Shown piece by piece: positions 46,931 to 58,968 of a stretch of 64,000 nt of DNA (position 1 is its first letter; each line of letters starts with the position of its first letter). The stretch covers positions 5,332,001 through 5,396,000 of the forward strand of contig JBHGNT010000012.1 of assembly GCA_043228905.1 (NCBI GenBank), written 5' to 3'. Made by a program: the position numbers and the translations under genes. The notes under the pieces were generated by a model that did not search any database, was not told the origin of the DNA, and worked only from the letters and a program-made list of their open reading frames with translations. Origin of the DNA: Azolla caroliniana. Taxonomy: Eukaryota > Plantae > Polypodiophyta.

Positions 46931-49900
46931 GTACAGCCCATTAGTGGTTCCATTCCTTCCAAGCAAGTTAGCAATGTGTTCCTAGCCCAAGTCATTGTTA
47001 GTACTAAAAGTACTCCCCCAGTACCCGTCCTAGCACTTTTAGATTCCGGAGCTAATTCCTGTTTCATGGATCGAAATTTTGCCCAAGCTTCTCAGATATC
47101 CTTAAGAAAACTTCCTTGTCCCGCATCTGTAGTGGTCATTGATGGTCGTCCCATTGCTTCCGGGAATATTGTAGAAGAATCAGAACCCATTCAAGTTGTC
47201 TTAGGTAGTTTTGTGTGTATAATATCATTTAATATAATTAGTAGTCCAGAGCATCCCATTGTCCTAGGATTACCTTGGCTTGAATTACATAATCCAGCCA
47301 TAGATTGGAGAACAAGAGAAGTCCGATATCGACCACCCCAAGAATCAACTCACCGAGTTTCGACCATTTCACTCCATCAACTACGCGAAGAAGGACCCAA
47401 GGAGGCAATGTTCCTATTTGCCATATCAGTACATCCTTCTAGCACTATTAAGAAGGACTCCTCAATACAACTTCCGGCAAAATATCATCCTTATGCCGAT
47501 GTATTTGACAAGGTAAAAGCCGGTACCCTTCCTCATCACCGTCCCTATGACTGTCCCATCGATTTACAACCAGGAACCGAGCCACCATGGGGACCAATTT
47601 ACAACTTGTCACCCACCGAGTTAGAAGTCCTTCGAGCCTACATAGAGGAGAACTTGGCAAGCGGGTTCATCCGTCATTCGAAATCTCCGGCCGGTGCACC
47701 CATCTTCTTTGTCAAGAAGAAAGATGGCTCACTTCGTCTTGTCGTTGATTACCGCGGATTGAATAAAGTCACCATCCGGAATAGGTATGCACTTCCTCTT
47801 ATATCAAGTCTTTTAGAGCGAGTTAATGGTGCCAAGTTTTTTACTAAAATCGACCTACGAGGAGCGTATAATCTCGTGCGGATCCGACCGGGAGATGAGT
47901 GGAAGACCGCTTTTCGCACGCGGTATGGGCATTTCGAGTATACTGTTATGCCGTTTGGCCTAACCAATGCACCCGCAGTCTTCCAACACATGGCAAATGA
48001 TATATTCAGAGACCTCTTGGATATCTGTTTGATCATTTATCTGGATGATCTGTTGATTTATTCGAAGACCCAGGAAGAGCACGATTCTCATGTACTATTA
48101 GTACTAAAGCGACTCCGCGAGAATGGTCTTTATGCCAAGCTAGAGAAATGTAGCTTTGACTGCAAGCAAGTGGAATTTCTAGGCTACGTCATCTCCTCAA
48201 AGGGCATCGCCATGGATCCAGCTAAAATCCAAACTGTACTAGAGTGGCAAATTCCACGGTCGGTACGAGATGTACAATGTTTTCTAGGCTTTGCTAACTT
48301 CTACCGTAAGTTTATACAGGATTACTCGAAGATTATTTTACCTCTCACACAACTTACAAAGAAGGGCCAAGCATTTCTTTGGTCCATCGAAGCAGATATG
48401 GCTTTTCGGCATCTTAAGAAAGCCTTTACATCAGCACCGATTCTAGCTCATGTGGATACAAGCAAACCATTCATCATGGAGGCCGACGCATCAGATTTCG
48501 CCCTCGGTAGCATCCTTTCTCAACAAGGCGATAAAGAAGAGTTGCATCCGGTGGCTTTCCATTCGCGCAAATTCAATGTCGCAGAAATCAACTACGAAAT
48601 ACATGACAAGGAGTTATTAGCCATCGTGGATTCATTTGTACAATGGCGGCATTTCTTAGAGGGCTCTCCACATCAGGTCATTGTCTTTAGCGATCATAAA
48701 AATCTTGCTTATTTTCAGAACGCTCGCGTACTAAATCGACGGCAAGCTCGGTGGGCGCAATTCCTCACGCGTTTCAACTTCGAAATCACATATCGACCGG
48801 GGAAGCAGCAAGGAAAAGCAGATGCACTATCACGGCGTTCATATCTTGCACCTCGTCCTGGTGACGCAACATTTGATAATCAAAAGCAAGTAATCTTGGG
48901 ACCAACACGATTGCACACGACACGGATTTTTCACACCCCGATGGATTCACGGATTACCGATGACATACGTGCAACCTTGAAGACGGATAGTTTTGCTCAA
49001 GACATCCTGGCGCACATTGATACTTCTCGGGCATCCTGTTCTCAGTCTCAACAACCAGGTATTGACTACCGACAATTCGAATATCATGATGGTTTGTTAT
49101 TCTTTAAAAAGCGCGTATATGTCCCCGATTGCTCCTGTCGCCTTCAAATCGTCCAACATTGTCACGACACCCATACGGCGGGACATTTCGGTAGTACCAA
49201 GACGTTGGAGTTAGTGCAGCGATCTTTTTGGTGGCCCCACATGCGCCGTTTTGTCGACGACTACGTTCGGACCTGTGATGCTTGCTGCCGAGCAAAGATG
49301 CCACGACACCATCCATATGGCTTGTTGGAACCTTTACCAATTCCAAGTAAGCCATGGCAGTCTATTTGTCTTGATTTTATTACAGATCTGCCGGTCTCGA
49401 AGGGGTTCGATGCTATCCTAACCGTCGTCGATCGATATACGAAGATGGCACATTTTGTGCCATGTACTAAAGCCATCACTAGCGAGGAAACCGCCGCTCT
49501 TGTTATGCGTGAGGTATTTCGGCATCATGGCCTACCAGACAGTATTATCAGTGACCGAGGCCCGCAATTTGTCTCCAAATTTTGGCAGCATCTCTTCAGG
49601 ATGCTCAAGGTCTCCTGCAACCTCTCCTCCGGCTACCATCCGCAAACTGACGGACAGGCGGAACGAACAAACCAAACGTTGGAGCAATATCTCCGGTGTT
49701 TCCTGAGTTATCAACAGGACGATTGGGCCGAGATTCTCCACTTTGCGGAGTTTGCGTATAATAATGCTATTCACTCCTCGACTCGGGTCTCCCCATTTCT
49801 CGCTTATACCGGTTTCCATCCTCGCTGGTCGGTGATCGACACTCCGGAGCTACCTACCAACCCTCGTGCCGAGGACCATTTGGAGAGGCTACGCAAGATC

Positions 49901-50452
49901 CAGATGGATCTCTCTACTCACCTTCGTCATGCTCAACACACACAGAAGACTTATGCGGATCGTCATCGGATTCCCTCCTCTTTTGCCATCGGAGATCGAG
50001 TATGGCTCTTACGTCGTCACATCAAGACTACTCGACCGTGCGACAAGTTGGATTATCGACGACTCGGTCCTTTCCGTATTACGGGGAAGATTAATGATGT
50101 CACCTTCCGCCTGGATCTCCCTCCGCAGCTTCAGATACATCCGGTTTTCCATTGTTCTCTTCTTGAACCTTATAAAGCAAACACCATTCCCGATCGTGTG
50201 ACACCACCGCCGCCCCCGTTGGAGTTGGACGCCGGCCCGGAGTATGAAGTTGCTGCCATCCTCGATTCCAAACTTGTTCGCAACAAACTTTATTACTTGG
50301 TCGATTGGCTCGGTTATAGTCCGAGCGAACGTACTTGGGAACCCGTCGAGAATGTTGCCAATGCACAAGATCTTCTTGCTGATTTCCACCGAAAGTATCC
50401 GGACAAACCCGGTCCGCAGTTAGCGCCGACTCGTTCCACTCGTCGTCTTTAA
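46880..50452 (+). CDS. pol: Pol (PR-RT-RNase H-integrase-chromodomain), -1 frame relative to gag
   Basis: LLDSGA, YLDDLL, EADASD, HHCC zinc finger, LDFI/SDRG/E catalytic core, and C-terminal chromodomain YEVAAILDS...YLVDWLGY...TWEP. Confidence 0.96.
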   Translation: MSPAKIGAIWLDSSPRSVQPISGSIPSKQVSNVFLAQVIVSTKSTPPVPVLALLDSGANSCFMDRNFAQASQISLRKLPCPASVVVIDGRPIASGNIVEESEPIQVVLGSFVCIISFNIISSPEHPIVLGLPWLELHNPAIDWRTREVRYRPPQESTHRVSTISLHQLREEGPKEAMFLFAISVHPSSTIKKDSSIQLPAKYHPYADVFDKVKAGTLPHHRPYDCPIDLQPGTEPPWGPIYNLSPTELEVLRAYIEENLASGFIRHSKSPAGAPIFFVKKKDGSLRLVVDYRGLNKVTIRNRYALPLISSLLERVNGAKFFTKIDLRGAYNLVRIRPGDEWKTAFRTRYGHFEYTVMPFGLTNAPAVFQHMANDIFRDLLDICLIIYLDDLLIYSKTQEEHDSHVLLVLKRLRENGLYAKLEKCSFDCKQVEFLGYVISSKGIAMDPAKIQTVLEWQIPRSVRDVQCFLGFANFYRKFIQDYSKIILPLTQLTKKGQAFLWSIEADMAFRHLKKAFTSAPILAHVDTSKPFIMEADASDFALGSILSQQGDKEELHPVAFHSRKFNVAEINYEIHDKELLAIVDSFVQWRHFLEGSPHQVIVFSDHKNLAYFQNARVLNRRQARWAQFLTRFNFEITYRPGKQQGKADALSRRSYLAPRPGDATFDNQKQVILGPTRLHTTRIFHTPMDSRITDDIRATLKTDSFAQDILAHIDTSRASCSQSQQPGIDYRQFEYHDGLLFFKKRVYVPDCSCRLQIVQHCHDTHTAGHFGSTKTLELVQRSFWWPHMRRFVDDYVRTCDACCRAKMPRHHPYGLLEPLPIPSKPWQSICLDFITDLPVSKGFDAILTVVDRYTKMAHFVPCTKAITSEETAALVMREVFRHHGLPDSIISDRGPQFVSKFWQHLFRMLKVSCNLSSGYHPQTDGQAERTNQTLEQYLRCFLSYQQDDWAEILHFAEFAYNNAIHSSTRVSPFLAYTGFHPRWSVIDTPELPTNPRAEDHLERLRKIQMDLSTHLRHAQHTQKTYADRHRIPSSFAIGDRVWLLRRHIKTTRPCDKLDYRRLGPFRITGKINDVTFRLDLPPQLQIHPVFHCSLLEPYKANTIPDRVTPPPPPLELDAGPEYEVAAILDSKLVRNKLYYLVDWLGYSPSERTWEPVENVANAQDLLADFHRKYPDKPGPQLAPTRSTRRL

Positions 50453-52164
50453 GGGGGAGATAGTGTCATGGCAAGACTCGAACCCATGACTTTATGCTAC
50501 ATGGGTCGAGCTCTTACCATTAGATTAGGAATTGTATTTTGTAGGATATTATTTTCATTTATACTTTATCATAGAAAATTGATGTATATTCCAGATCTCT
50601 CTGGAACATTCTAGAAGCTTCAAGATTATTCCTAAAAACACTATAAAAGGAGGCACAAGGCATTGTTTTGAACCAAATTGGTTCAACGCCAGTCTTAAGC
50701 CTCTTAGCCGCTTGTACTTATCTTTTCACATAATATATAGCTGCTGTCATCATCTCTCTCATTCTCGCTATCTCTCTCTCTCTCCTCTTCTCACTTCCTC
50801 TCTCGGGAATCTTACGCAGTCCCGTCCTCTTAGTACTAATAGTACTGTTGTTCTTACTACTAATTCCATCTCTGTTTTAGTACTATTCCTGACAGCAACC
50901 ATTCCATCTGCGCTCGTTCTTCCGCATCTACATACAGTATCACTCTGGCAACCTGCTCTCCTATCCACCAGAGCCATTGGCTACCGATGCCCTATTATTA
51001 CGTCTGCATGGAGGGTTGGCTGATGGGTTCACTTGCCAGTGGCCGGTCCCGCCTAACTGCGTCGAGCTGCAATTCCGGCTCAGCCTGCTGACCACTTTGT
51101 CGTTCAGGTTCTGGTTGTGTTTCAGCTGGCCGCTCTTGTTTTGCTTGTTCTTGGCCGACTGAGGAAGGTGGCACATGCCTTACCAGCGCTTGCGTTTCGG
51201 GGCTTGCCGTTTCCTGACCTGCCGGTATTGCCTGTTGTGCAGGGGCTTCTGAGATCGGTTCCATCCGAACCGGTTCCGGTTCCTCCCTTGGCGTGGGATT
51301 CTCAATGTGGGGTAAAGGCGTTCCATCCTTCTGTGGGTTCGAACGCTTCCCGACTGATTCTGCGGTGCTCCTCATCGGCCGCCGCTGGAGGTGCTCCATA
51401 GGTTCTTCCTCCGTTTCCTCCTCCTGAGTCCTGGCATTCATTCTTGCCGCCAGGGTGTCCGTTTCTTGCTGCACCGGTCGGCAGAGTGTGCTCTTCAGGG
51501 GTCGTGCCGGTGTCTCCTCCTGCGTGTCCATCGGCTGCTTCCGGATGGCGCTCCTTCGCCGCCTGCTCCGTGTCGACTATCTTCCCCTTAGTGGTCTTGG
51601 TGGCCAACAACTACTGTCGTTTTGAAACAGCTTTCGGGGTGCCATCCATTACTCTTCCCCGCTTCTTGGTCTGGACGGGCTAGACAGGTGGCGCCAATAG
51701 GGTGAGCCATTGCGCTACCGCATGCCATATTTTCCGGCCTTCTTTGGCTTCCTTACCTCTTACGGTGTCAATAGCCGCACACAATCCGTCGGCGATCAGC
51801 ACCGGCCAATCCACCTTGACCCCTTTGTATGTTGCGATGATCAAGCCTACTCGGTTCTGAGGCATAACGGGGGGTCGAGGGTATACGTGGTCGAACTCAT
51901 GGAGTACATGGGCAATTTCTTGGAATAACATATCTTCTCCGCCCTGTGTCTTGTAGCCCTTGCTGGCCAGAGAATACTCGCCAAAGTATTTGATGAGCCG
52001 TTCAGAGGTAGGGTTGTCAATAGTATACATGGCCCCCTCCGGAAGGCCTGTTAGTGCACAGATCACTTCCTCCATGATCAGCTCGGTGTCAATTTCTTTG
52101 ATGATCTTGTTAGCTTCTCTGTGTGGTGGTGCGTGCATGATTGTGAGGAACCCCTCCAATCCGT

Positions 52165-52912
52165 TGTCGTGAAGAATTTCGGCCAGAGGCGAAAACCAGG
52201 AAACATTGCCTACATCGGCGGGGTGCAGCGTGTTTACGCACCCATGTACATTTAGTGTGAATATCGAGGGCGCCTTTATGGCGCCAAAGAGTAGTCAAGA
52301 CGGGACAGACGATCCCATGAAAGTCGGGATTTGTCCCACATTGTAACGCATCCCTCTCCTTGTTCTATAAAAGAAAGGGAACGCCCTTTGTGGAGGGGTT
52401 GCCCATTTTGCAATAGAGGGTATACCGTTAGGTTTAGAGTTAGGTTCTTCTTCTTCTCCTTCTTCGTGTTTTGCTTAGGGTTTGCTTTGGTTCGGCCTCC
52501 TGTGCAAGATCCCGCTCGGCGCGACGAGCTGAGAGCTCCCCGACGGCGGCTTGGCAACAGACGACTACTGTAACCTACCTCAGTCCGGCTCGAAGCCGGG
52601 AATGTATTCTTCTGTTTATACATATATATATATATATGTTTGCGTCTGTCTGTGTATATTCGCGTCTATGTTCGTGTCGGGTGTTTCCCCTTTCCTGCGT
52701 TTCATGTACATGAGGGCGCGAGGCGGGTCAGCATGTGTGTGTGTGCATGAGTCGGTGTTAAGCGCGCTCTCTCTCTCTCCCCTCGGTTGCTTCCGGTGTG
52801 CTTCTGAGATGCCTCGGGAACGGTGAAGCCCGACTTCCTATGCTCCAACACTCCCTAGTCCAAGACCCTCGTGGCCCCGCCTTTCTCCACGCACGCGCGT
52901 AATAACGCGACA
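52165..52912 (+). mobile_element. Solo LTR of family D
   Basis: TGTCGTGAAGA..TAACGCGACA termini and an internal cccacattgtaacg/ctataaaag block shared with D; 4-bp TSD CCGT. Confidence 0.9.
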
Positions 52913-53499
52913 CCGTGTTGTCGTAGCCATTTCTTGGCGGCCTTAGAGAGAGTCTGGCAGTCCATGTCTGCGTCGAGGTTGAACAACATTGGTGAGGGTT
53001 GTGTATGACGAAGCTCTCTATGAGGAGGCTCTCTATGTGTGGGCTCTCTTCTGATGATCTTCAAGCGCCTGTGTGCGTTTGTGCTCCTTGGTTCGCGAAA
53101 GAAGAAGGTCTCGATGCGGGGGGGGTCTTTCTCTCTGCATCTTGACGCCTTTTTCGAGCCTATGCGTGTGCAGGTTGTGTACTATAATGGCATTACGTGC
53201 CATGTGGCGGCGGTTTAATCACCTATTCATAGCCCACTACGTAGCTTTTGGAAGTGCCTGTTCACTCCTCGTTTGCATGTCTGTGCATACCTCACCCTTG
53301 CATGATTAACTTTGATTTGATTCGATTTTATTTTATTTTTTTGATTAAAATAACGTTGTTGGGTTAATTTGTCTCCGGTCCTATTGGACTCTTAACCAGA
53401 GCGTGCACCTTGCCAGCCTCCTGACGGTTTGCCGTCATTTTATTCTCCCCGGTTGCTATTTCGTGCTCCTCCTTACCGGCTTTGTGGCTGCCGTTTTCA

Positions 53500-56400
53500 A
53501 CCCAGGTTGATGTAGCTACGATCACATACCGGTTGTCGGTTCCCATTGCCGGTGGTTTGAATGGACCCACAAAATCCAGCCCCCATTTCGGAAATGGTTC
53601 TAACGGCAGTACCGGCTGGTGCGGCATCCTAGCTTGTTCGGTTGGCTAGCCCATTCGCTGACATAGATCACATTCTTTAGCGTACCGGACCGCGTCTTTC
53701 AATGTTGTCGGCCACCATAGGCCACTCTGCCATATCTTCCTTGTCGTAGCATCTCCGGCGACTCCGCAGTGTGCTTCTCGTAGTATTATATCCTTCTCGT
53801 TGCTGCGCACCGCTCATCGCCATATACCGTCCGTGCCTTTGTGGTATAGCGTGTCCCGTAATAAACAGAAGTGTCGGCTTTGTACCGCCAGGCGTTTCCT
53901 CTCGTCCCGGTTCATCTCCTCCGGAGGCAATCCGGTGCTCAAAAATTGTTGCATATTCGTTAGCCACTTATCTTCTTGTGCCACCGTTTCATCTGTTGCC
54001 GTTTCCGCGATGACTCTAAATAGCTCAGCATCCGGAAACTCGTCCAGGACTCCGTCACCAGTCTCGCCGGAATCTAACCGGCTCAAATAGTCTACTACTG
54101 CGTGCTGCATGCCGGGTCAGTGGAATATTTCGAACTCAAATTCCTGCAACAACAACGTCCACCGTGCCAACTTACCGGTTAATGACGCTTTGGAAACTCA
54201 ATAGAGGAGTTTTGAATGATCTACGTGGAAGGAAAATTTCCTTCCTAGCAAATAATGTCTGAATTTTGTCACGCTATAGATCATGCCCAAAGCTTCCCTT
54301 TCCGTGGTGGAATAATTTCATTCGGCTTGGGATAACTTTTGGCTTGCGTAATATACGAGCCGGTACCACCTTGGCTCTGTAAGTTGCATCAGCGCACTTC
54401 CAATTGCAATGTCAGACGCATCCACGAACACATGAAACTCCTTAGCCCAATCCGGGGGTTGCACTACCGGCGCTTGCGACAATAGTACTTTGAGTGCCCG
54501 GTACGCCTTGTCTTCGGTGTCGGTCCACTAGAACGGTGTTCGGTGTACCGCAGCATGCAGTGGTGTAGCTAGGTCCGCCAGATACCGGAGCATTCGGCTA
54601 TGCCACCGGATTTGGCCTAAGAAACGGCTTAATGCTTTGGCCGTTGTTGGTGCCGGTGCCTCCAAGATTGCTTTTACTTTGTCCGGGTCCACGGAAATTC
54701 CTTCCTTGCTCACAATGTGTCCTAATAGCGCCCCGCTTGACACTCCGAATACACATTTTGCCGGATTCAAGCTTAGCCGGTAAGCCCGACATTTCTCTAG
54801 ACACAGTTGGAGGTGTTGAAAGTGATCTCCTTCCCGGCTATAGACGGCGAAGTCATCCAGAAACACTTGCATGAATGCCAGTATGAATTCTCCGAATATT
54901 TCCATGATGATCCTCTGGAACGTTGCCGACTCCGTTTTTAGTTCGAACATCATTACTACGGCAACAAACACTCCCCATTCGGTGACGAAAGCCGTTTTCT
55001 CCTGGTCATCGGGGTGCATCTAGATCTGGTTGTATCCGCTGAATCCGTCTAAGAAACTGTATACCTCATGGCCGGCGACTGCGTCCAAAACACCATCCGT
55101 AAATGGGAGTGGGAATGCATCTGTTACCGTCGCCGCATTAAGCTTACAGTAGTCAACACAAACTCTAATTTTGCCGTTTTTCTTTGGTACGACTACTATC
55201 GGGCTCAGCCATGTAGATTTCTTTACTAGGTGGATAAAGCCAACCCTCAATAACTTGTCGATTTCCTCCTTCACTTTGGCGGCGTAATTTGGATTCATCT
55301 GGTATCGCCGCTGTGCTACCGGTTTGGCGTCTTTGCTCAAATGTATCTGATGCTGATATAGCTGAGGATCGAGCCCTCGCATATCCTCGTAAGACCAGGC
55401 AAACACATCCCGAAATTCTTTGAGAAGTGTAATCATCGCCGTTTTGTTCTCCGGAGTGATTTCCTTGGCGATGTGCACCAATATCGCTTCTTCCGTAGTT
55501 CCTAGATTTACCTCTAGTTGGGATGCTTTAACCCGTTGCGATATAGCCATTTCTCTTTCCAGCGCCTCCTGTGCTTGTCGTAGCTCCCGGATCACTTCTT
55601 TATTTGGCTCCTCGTCGGCTCCGTCCGGTGGCAGTATGTATGGTGATACGACTTCGGCTACGTCGATTTCGAACAGAGGTACGATCTTCGGATTATCCTG
55701 CAAGTATTGATCTACCTCTTCGTCTGCTAATCTGTCCAGCATATTGGTGCATTCCGCATATAGGGGTGTCAATTCCTTCCCGGTACCCATCAGTGGTTGT
55801 GTCGGTACCCGTACTTTTGCTTTTCCCCGCCGGAAGGTGATTATATTCTTCCTCCAGTTTTGTTTAATGTGCACCGTTTTCAACCACGGCCGCCCCAACA
55901 ATAGTGGGTAAGATCCTTGTGCCTGTAGTTGTAGCACTACTGCCGAGATGCGAAATGTGTGGCCACCGATCGTTACTTCCAAATCTCGTATCAAGCCGGT
56001 TGGTCGCACTGAGCTTGTATCCGCCATCCGCAGCCAGAACGGGCATGGTTCCCACTCTTGGATTCCCAAGGTTTTGCACGTTCAGAGGCTAATCACATTG
56101 ACGTCGAATCCTCCATCTATTACTGTTCCGGGTAACTCCTTTCCCTTCACGATGGTTGTGATCGCCGGACTGTTTGTGTCTACTACCGCCAGTCCCTCCT
56201 CCGGATTTGAGAAGAATGTTGGAGCCAGCGGTGTTTCTCCTGCCGTCATGCCTATCTTGAGTCCTTTTGTGAATCTGGGCACTAGCTGCAGGAGCCGTCC
56301 TAATGGCAACGTGATTTGGCATTCCTACAATGCCTGCCATGTCGCATTTTCGGACTGACTGCCGCCGGCGAGCTCTTCGGTATTTTCCTTTTGTTGCGCA

Positions 56401-58350
56401 AGCTCTGCCATGTTTTGCGCATTCGCCTTTTTTACCCATTCCGTTGCCTGCTTGCGGATGGCCTCTTGCGCCTCCCATTCCGTCGCCTTACCCTTCGATC
56501 TTGTGGTTACATGCTGCAGGTATGCAACTTCGGCAACTACCATGTTCACCGCCGGTCGTTTATCATAGCTATTTGCTGGGCATTGATTACTATAATGTCC
56601 TTCTTGTTGGCAATAATAGCAATATGCTTTCCGGGTAGTGCTGGATTCAGCGTTGTTTCCTGCCCCCGGTGGAGGACCTGTGGTAACGGCGGGGCTTTGA
56701 TCCGGTTGGCTGCTTGAGGTGCCCTTCTCCAGTTCCCGTAGGTGACCCCTTTTCTTGAAATGGCGTTTCTTTTTGTTCTGATACTCTTGACAGGACTGGT
56801 CATCATGTCTGTCGTAGGCTTCCCGTCATTGGTTGTAACCGGGGGATTGGTCCCAATTGTATCTTTCATACCGTCCATTATAATCCCGGTACCGATCATA
56901 TCTATCATACCGATCATAGTTGTCCCTGTACCGGACATCCTGTGCCGTTCGGTATCGCTCTTCTAGCCTCCAACGTTCTTCTTCCTCCTCCTTGTTACTC
57001 CGTGGTTTGATTTACCGAACCGGTGGTGCTTGGCGATTCAAGAAATTGTACTCGCACTGCTCCATTGTGTGGTTCCTGGAATGGCACAGTAGACATTGCG
57101 ACCGCATGGTACATTCTAGTGCTAAGTGTCCGGCATTTAGGCATGTTGTGCATTGAATGGCCTGTCGAAACCGGAGATCCTCATCGGTTGGTAACGCTCG
57201 TTGGAGTGCTCCCATTGTTAGCCAAGAGCTTGTTTTCTCCATTTCTCTAACCCGATTGATGACCTGGTCGATGGTACTTGTGCGAAAGTCGATGACCGTG
57301 CATACCATACATAGAGGTTCCCTGAGCGCAGCTAAGAATATAGCTCGTGCCTCCGGAGGGGTTCGGGTAAGTTGTCTGTGCATCCATTCAAACCGGATGA
57401 CAAACTGCGGACTGCTCTCCCCAGGGTCCTACCGGATGGTATAAAATAGGCCCACCATTTCTATCTAGTCCACCTCCTTCTGAAAGAAGTGCAAGAATTT
57501 AGCTTTCAGGTCCCACAAAGGTGGTGATGGTGTTGGGGTCCTGCGTCCGGTGCCATCTGGCGGCTGGTCCTTCCAATGTCACGCCGAATTTGGCTATCTT
57601 AGATCGTTCCTCTTCGGCTGCGGTTAACCATTGTGACACATGGTTCGCTTCCCATGTTTGTTGAAAAGCGTGAACATGAGCCTCCGCGTCTGGGTCATCC
57701 CTATACTTGGGGTACTGGAACGACATGTCGTCGTCCGGTGTTGGTGCACGGGCTGGCGGTGTCGGTGGTCTTTCCTGCTCTTCCGTCGGCGTTGGAGGTC
57801 GTTGTTGGTCCTCTGTCGGAGTCGGAGATCTTTGCCGGTCCTCTATCGGTGTCAAAGGTCTGTGTTCCTCCTCCTTCGGTGTTGCCGGCTTCTCCTCCTC
57901 GACTTCCAGTGTCAGAGGTCTTTCTTTGTCCTCTTCCGTCTCCGGAGGTTCCCGGTCTGACAATTCTGGTTCCGGTGTCGGTAATGTATCCGACTCCTCG
58001 TCCTCTGGTCCTCCTAGGGTGTCGTTATTGCTGCGATAGTTCGTGTGCGCGTTGTAACCCCCTTCTGAATCCGATTCCAGCGCCGAAAATGCTTCGGATT
58101 CGCCGTCTCCTCCGGCCAAGGCCTGGAGAAGGGATTCCGCTTCCCGGAGACTGCTTAAGCTACTTCCTTCGTCTGGGTAGGCGTTTTGTTGCAGACGGAG
58201 CGACTCCTCCGCCACTTTCCGAATAACTTTTGAGAATGATCGATCCGATCGGATTTCTTCTGCCGCTTGTTGGAAAGCCTCTCGCCGCCTTCGCCGTTCA
58301 GCAAGTCTTCTTCCTCTCTCCGTAACCGGGTCGTCCGTTGGCCTAGTCAT
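53500..58350 (-). pseudogene. Element L gag-pol, disrupted
   Basis: ORF fragments 58350-57499, 57383-57012, 56309-56082, 56069-55020, 55019-54528, 54110-53814 and 53627-53364. Confidence 0.88.
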
Positions 58351-58968
58351 CCATTCCCGCCGCTGTTCACTGCAATTGTGCAGGAATCATGGTCGCCAAA
58401 AACTGTGTTACTCCTTAGGGCCGGACAACAGCCTAACACAGGGTGTCCACTTAAGACACTTCACCAAAGGGTGTTACAGCGAGATAACTTACAACACAAT
58501 GCTTAATTGGACCTTAATCGGTTACTTAGCAATACGTCATTAACACGCGTAAGATATACAATAAGCACAGAACAGTGAATAATACTCAATGATTAAACAA
58601 AAGGTTTATATTACTCTCCGTTCATGACTACATTGTAACCGGGCCTTTATATAGGTCACCGGTGCGAAGTACAAAACGGTGCCAACCGGCACCTATTCAG
58701 GATCGGTCCGGATCCGGATCGGCATACCGATTCCGGTCCGTCCGTCCATATCTTCTCATATATTAATATATTAAGACTAGTAATTACAACATATTCCCAA
58801 ATAACAAATCCCCTTTTCACACCCTGGTCTTGGCGTCCTTAGCTCCTTTGTCGGCCGGGTAACACACATTATTTCCTTATTCACACATTTAACATTGTGG
58901 ATTCATGAACTTAGGACAATATAAAAGACAACTTCAAGTCTCTAAAAACTTGTCATCCTCAATCAACC

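Larger units (their letters stand above)
45227..50894 (+). mobile_element. Intact, very recent Ty3/Gypsy chromovirus G (Tf1/sushi/Tcn1-like)
   Basis: 431-bp LTRs 45227-45657 and 50464-50894 (one difference seen), TSD GCAAC, PPT aagggggaga, uninterrupted gag and pol. Confidence 0.97.
43700..53064 (-). pseudogene. Extra ORF of element L (globular N-terminus, low-complexity linker, long coiled coil), split by G and the D solo LTR
   Basis: Reads KKWLRQHG|LEGFLTIM across the 52165-52912 insertion. Continues 52159-50900 and 45226-~43700 with E/K/R/Q heptad-like stretches. The end coordinate is approximate. Confidence 0.7.
43227..58864 (-). mobile_element. Ty3/Gypsy non-chromovirus element L (Athila/Tat-like) with an extra 3' ORF
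   Basis: 459-bp LTRs 43227-43685 and 58406-58864, TSD CACAT, PBS TGGCGACCA (tRNA-Arg-type). gag with CCHC knuckles, protease IDGGFDVN, RT (LDGFSGYNQI, FLDDF), RH, and integrase start KWGLDFVGP truncated near 53510. Confidence 0.93.
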
